From positions 1 to 45,007 of the forward strand of contig JBKDOZ010000070.1 in NCBI GenBank assembly GCA_046342735.1: a stretch of 45,007 nucleotides of DNA. Direction: 5' to 3'. This document shows positions 44,274-45,007 of this stretch, piece after piece (positions within the stretch are counted from its first letter, which is position 1; every line of letters begins with the position of its first letter). The position numbers and the translations under genes were made by a program. This DNA is from Synechococcaceae cyanobacterium. Its GTDB lineage: Bacteria; Cyanobacteriota; Cyanobacteriia; PCC-6307; Cyanobiaceae. Below the pieces are notes generated by a model. It was not told the origin of the DNA. It saw only the letters and a program-made list of their open reading frames with translations, and did no database searches.

Positions 44274-44412
44274 GAGGGCCCGGCACCAGGGGCTGATCAG
44301 GATTGCGGAGCCAAGCCGGCGGTTGCCCCTGGCCAAGGGGATGGAATCAACCCTCGGGCCGTGACCTCCCACTCATTGGGCAGCGCCGAAAACGCCTGCT
44401 AACCCGCCACGT

Positions 44413-45007
44413 TCACATCCCGGTGATGCAATACCCCGCATCCACATAGATCACCTGGCCCGTGATGCCGCTCGCCAGCGGGCTGGCCAGGAACGCCGCG
44501 GTGCTGCCCACCTCGTCCTGCGTCACGGTGCGACGCAGGGGGGCCTTTCCCTCCACGTGGTGGATCATGTCGAGGATGCCGCCGCTGGCGGAGCTGGCCA
44601 GGGTGCGGATCGGACCGGCGCTGATCGCGTTCACGCGCACCTGCTTCTCGGGGCCCAGTTCGGCGGCCAGATAGCGCACCGAGGCCTCCAGGGCGGCCTT
44701 GGCCACGCCCATCACGTTGTAGTTGGGGATCGCCCGCTCCGCCCCCAGATAGCTGAGGGTGATCACACTGCCCCCCTGGTTGAACAGGGGTTTGGCGTAG
44801 CGGCACAGGGGCGCCAGCGAGTAGGCGCTCACCTCCAGGGCGCGGGCGAAGCCCTCGGGGCTGATGGCGCTGTAGTCGCCGATCAGCTCCTCCTTGCCGG
44901 CGTAGGCCAGGCAGTGCACCAGCACATCGATCGAACCCCACTGCTCCTTCACCCGCTGGAACACGGCCTCGATCTGGGCCGGGTCCTGCACGTTGAGGGG
45001 TTCGAAC
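44413..45007 (-). CDS. fabI: Enoyl-ACP reductase (5' part outside window)
   Basis: DVLVHCLAYA, SAYSL, TLSYLGAERAIPNYNVMGVAKAALEASVRYLA, RVNAISAGPIRTLAS, ITGQVIYVDAG. Confidence 0.97.
   Translation of the reverse strand, partial: FEPLNVQDPAQIEAVFQRVKEQWGSIDVLVHCLAYAGKEELIGDYSAISPEGFARALEVSAYSLAPLCRYAKPLFNQGGSVITLSYLGAERAIPNYNVMGVAKAALEASVRYLAAELGPEKQVRVNAISAGPIRTLASSASGGILDMIHHVEGKAPLRRTVTQDEVGSTAAFLASPLASGITGQVIYVDAGYCITGM

Larger units (their letters stand above)
7440..44400. other. About 37-kb accessory island between hisB and fabI
   Basis: From recall, fabI-hisB-carotenoid oxygenase are adjacent in marine picocyanobacteria. Here fabI and hisB are separated by TA, relic and surface-protein genes. 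No integrase or att site seen. Confidence 0.7.

Noticed and set aside
7339-44412. att-type direct repeats or a tRNA at the island ends
   Set aside because: Comparing the sequence after the fabI stop with that before hisB showed no convincing shared repeat, and no tRNA was seen.

Overview
GC-rich picocyanobacterial DNA (Cyanobium/Synechococcus-like, inferred from gene content and order). The core genes are all on the minus strand: fabI (cut by the right edge), hisB, an apocarotenoid oxygenase, a YciI-family gene and a LysR regulator (cut by the left edge). Two accessory blocks interrupt them. Block 1 (about 1.15-4.75 kb) has two decayed PEP-CTERM-like genes bracketing toxin-antitoxin modules: an intact mazEF flanked by a 34-bp hairpin direct repeat with attC-like features, plus broken vapBC and HEPN/MNT pairs. 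Block 2 (about 7.4-44.4 kb, between hisB and fabI) has Uma2 and hsdR relics, an intact vapBC, a 788-aa protein fusing a eukaryote-like four-EF-hand calmodulin to an Erv1/Alr-type CxxC sulfhydryl-oxidase domain, an intact 10,429-aa DUF4347/RTX-type surface protein, and a winged-helix plus TPR-like regulator just upstream of it. The giant protein shows nested domain insertions, 44-aa tandem repeats and low-GC swapped-looking segments. The calmodulin-Erv fusion is the best candidate for an undescribed system. All family assignments come from motifs recognised by eye; no searches were run.
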